From the human T2T-CHM13v2.0 reference genome, Homo sapiens: a stretch of 64,000 bases of DNA. A model generated the notes under the pieces. The model was not told the DNA's origin. It searched no databases and saw nothing but the letters and a program-made list of their open reading frames with translations. Below are positions 60,525-64,000 of this stretch, piece by piece (positions within the stretch are counted from its first letter, which is position 1; each line of letters begins with the position of its first letter). The translations under genes and the position numbers were made by a program. The stretch is taken from the NCBI RefSeq assembly GCF_009914755.1, contig NC_060933.1; one strand, given 5' to 3'.

Positions 60525-61340
60525 ATGGCTTTTATTTCTGAGGTGATAAAAGTGTTCAAAAGTTGACTGTGGGGATGGTTGCACATATCTCTAAAACACT
60601 AAAAAATATTGAATTGTAAATTTTATATGGGTGAATTGTACGGTGCATGAGTCGTACCTCAATGAAGCTAGGTAGAAAGTAAACTCTATTGTCTTCTCTT
60701 TCCCCTGGCGAAACACCTCAGCTTAGGGCAAGTCTGAACAGAAACCTTGCCTCTCAGTGAAGGAAATAGGAGTCATCTCAACTTCACTTGTAGTCCATCT
60801 AATCATCTATGCCACCACAGCTCTCTGATATCTTTAAAACGATTACATTTCCAATTTCTTTACTTTTTGAACTACTTGTTCCAGTGGGAGTGATGCAGTG
60901 CCACTGCCTCCTATATTCTACCTAGAATCAGAACTTCAGCTCCAATCCCTTTGGCCTGATTTCTGCTCCTCAAGTACCCCAAAGCCTTTCCCACTTCACT
61001 GTACTTACCATTTCCTCCTCTTGAAATGGTTTTCTTTCAAATAGCCGCTAGGCATTTTCTCATTACATTCATTTCTTCAGGGTTAATGCCACCAAAAAGC
61101 CTTCCTTCCCAGACTACCCTAACTAGCTGGCGCACTTTTACCTTCTATCACTCTGTAACTCCCTTCCCTGCTTTATTTTCTTCGTGGCACTTGTCACTCT
61201 CTGACACCCTATATAGTATATATGTTTAATGACTATTTCCCTTACTAGAATGTAAGTGCCAGGGGCTACTTTGTCTTTCTTGCTCTTCACTGAATTCCCA
61301 ACACAAGCATTGGAACTAGTGTATAGTGCATTCCCAGTGA

Positions 61341-61689
<349 letters not shown>

Positions 61690-61818
61690 ACAATTTCCTG
61701 TATTATTCAGTCTGTGCATTTTTCTGTATTGCTGGGCACTGGGTTGTCAGGCAGCTGTGATAGGTATCAGGACTAAAACAACAAACATGCACAGCCTCTG
61801 TCCATAGGAACTTACTTA

Positions 61819-62580
<762 letters not shown>

Positions 62581-64000
62581 TCATATTGATTGGTTAAAGA
62601 TAGGACAGAAATAAATAAGTGTAAGTGTTGCTGGGGAAGTGAGCCGGTAGGATGCAGAATTTTCAGGTAGAGGAGAGAGGGATAAGCTAACTGAGGTAAT
62701 GGCTGAGCTAACAGAGTACAGGTAGAATGGTTGGGCATGGAGGGAGATATATCTTCCCCTAGGCAAGGTGGGCACAGAGATAGGTGAATGCTTTTAGGAA
62801 CGAAGGCAGAAGTGAGAGGGAACAAACTCAAATGTTATACTTTTTTCTACCATAATACCCAGCACCCTTTGCCTGGCACATAACAGATGTCTAGTAAGTA
62901 AGTGCAGAATAAATGAATTACACTTTCATATGGTGATGTAATAAAGAAAACTAAAGCACAATAGAAGTTTGAAATATGCTCTGTGGGAAGTGAAAGAGAA
63001 AGTTGCCCAGGAAAATATAGAAATACCAGGTGGTATTCCAATTGAGTTTGGCAACTATGCCTTTCAAATGAACTTTTAATGCAGTTATATGAGTTTCTCC
63101 ATCTGTAGGAGAGTTGTTTGTGTAGGAGGAGAACAGAAGACGGTCTGGTGGATGATGATGTGGAATTTTTTTCCACAGGAGGTACGGTAGGAAGACAAAG
63201 TAGTAGAGTAATGGGAATACTGATAAAGACTGTCACACTAACCCAATTCATTCTTTACAATACAATGAAGAAAGGCAGAGTGGAGGTGACGAGTGATGGC
63301 TGGAGGAATGCAGTTTGGAATAAGTGTGTATGTATGTGATATTATAATAGAATATTTCGAAGCTCCAGCATGTCTAGGATTTGGCTGTGGAAGTGGATGG
63401 CTGACAATCCTGAGACTGACAAGATCATGCAACTTAGAGTTTGGAGTATGGGAAGGGGTGTCCTCATTGTCCTTTTCAAATCTCTTCTCGAGATACATGG
63501 TCATTTCACCATGAATTGTGAGTGTATCACACATAATTTATTACGAATAATCACTGTGAATTTTTTAATAATATAATTTAGCAACTACTATGTGCCAGAT
63601 ACAAAAATGATGGTGAAACTTAGAGAAAAAGCTTCAAAGTCTTCAGTAAAAGCAAAAGAGTGTGAGAAAGAAGCAGAGGGTCACATGGCTGGATGTTGTC
63701 AGCCTCAAGGGAAAGGGTTTGTTTCAGAGGAGGAATGGTCTGGAACTGCACTGAGGATGGAGAACACTGGCCTCTCCTCCCAACCCCAAGAAGCCTCCAA
63801 CTCTGAGAAGCATCCCTTTGAATTGCTGGAGGTGGGAGGTGGGCAGTGTCTTTATAGAAGGCTCACTTAAGTCAAGGTGTGTAAGGTAGAGGATGTGGAG
63901 GGAGTTGATGAGAATGGAATGGTGTTCCAGAGAGAGTATGGTGGAGACATTTGGAGGCAGAATGGACTAAGAGAAAGAACGAAGAGAGCAGATTACCTTT

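Noticed and set aside
62847-63576. Cluster of short ORFs as a possible pseudogene exon
   Set aside because: No recognisable protein similarity; the sequence looks like decayed L2

Overview
Human genomic DNA: AluYa5 and AluYb8, both human-specific subfamilies, are present. The window is repeat-dense and I can support no intact protein-coding gene, RNA gene or CRISPR array. It holds three processed pseudogenes. FKBP4 (+, ~26.4-28.0 kb) sits inside a MaLR MST/THE1 LTR and keeps a CpG-rich 5' end and a 354-codon FK2+TPR ORF. SDR42E1 (-) is split in two by a 6.5 kb L1. ATP5F1A (-, 5'-truncated) is nested inside that same L1. There is also an ancient, decayed ERV1-class provirus (12.4-21.0 kb) with both LTRs, a 4-bp TSD, a tRNA-Gln-like PBS and gag/pro/pol/env remnants, plus a complete MaLR provirus (34.4-37.5 kb). 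The rest is solo LTRs, a 5.5 kb old L1, about 25 Alus, DNA-transposon fossils and L2/MIR. From memory, FKBP4P, SDR42E1P and ATP5F1AP copies co-occur in the chr9 pericentromeric segmental duplications; this needs BLAT. I see no convincing novel biological system. The best leads are the LTR-FKBP4 retrocopy unit, the nested insertion series, the Gln-PBS provirus and a 44-bp copy that preserves an empty Alu site. Repeat subfamily calls are by eye, and edges without a TSD are approximate.
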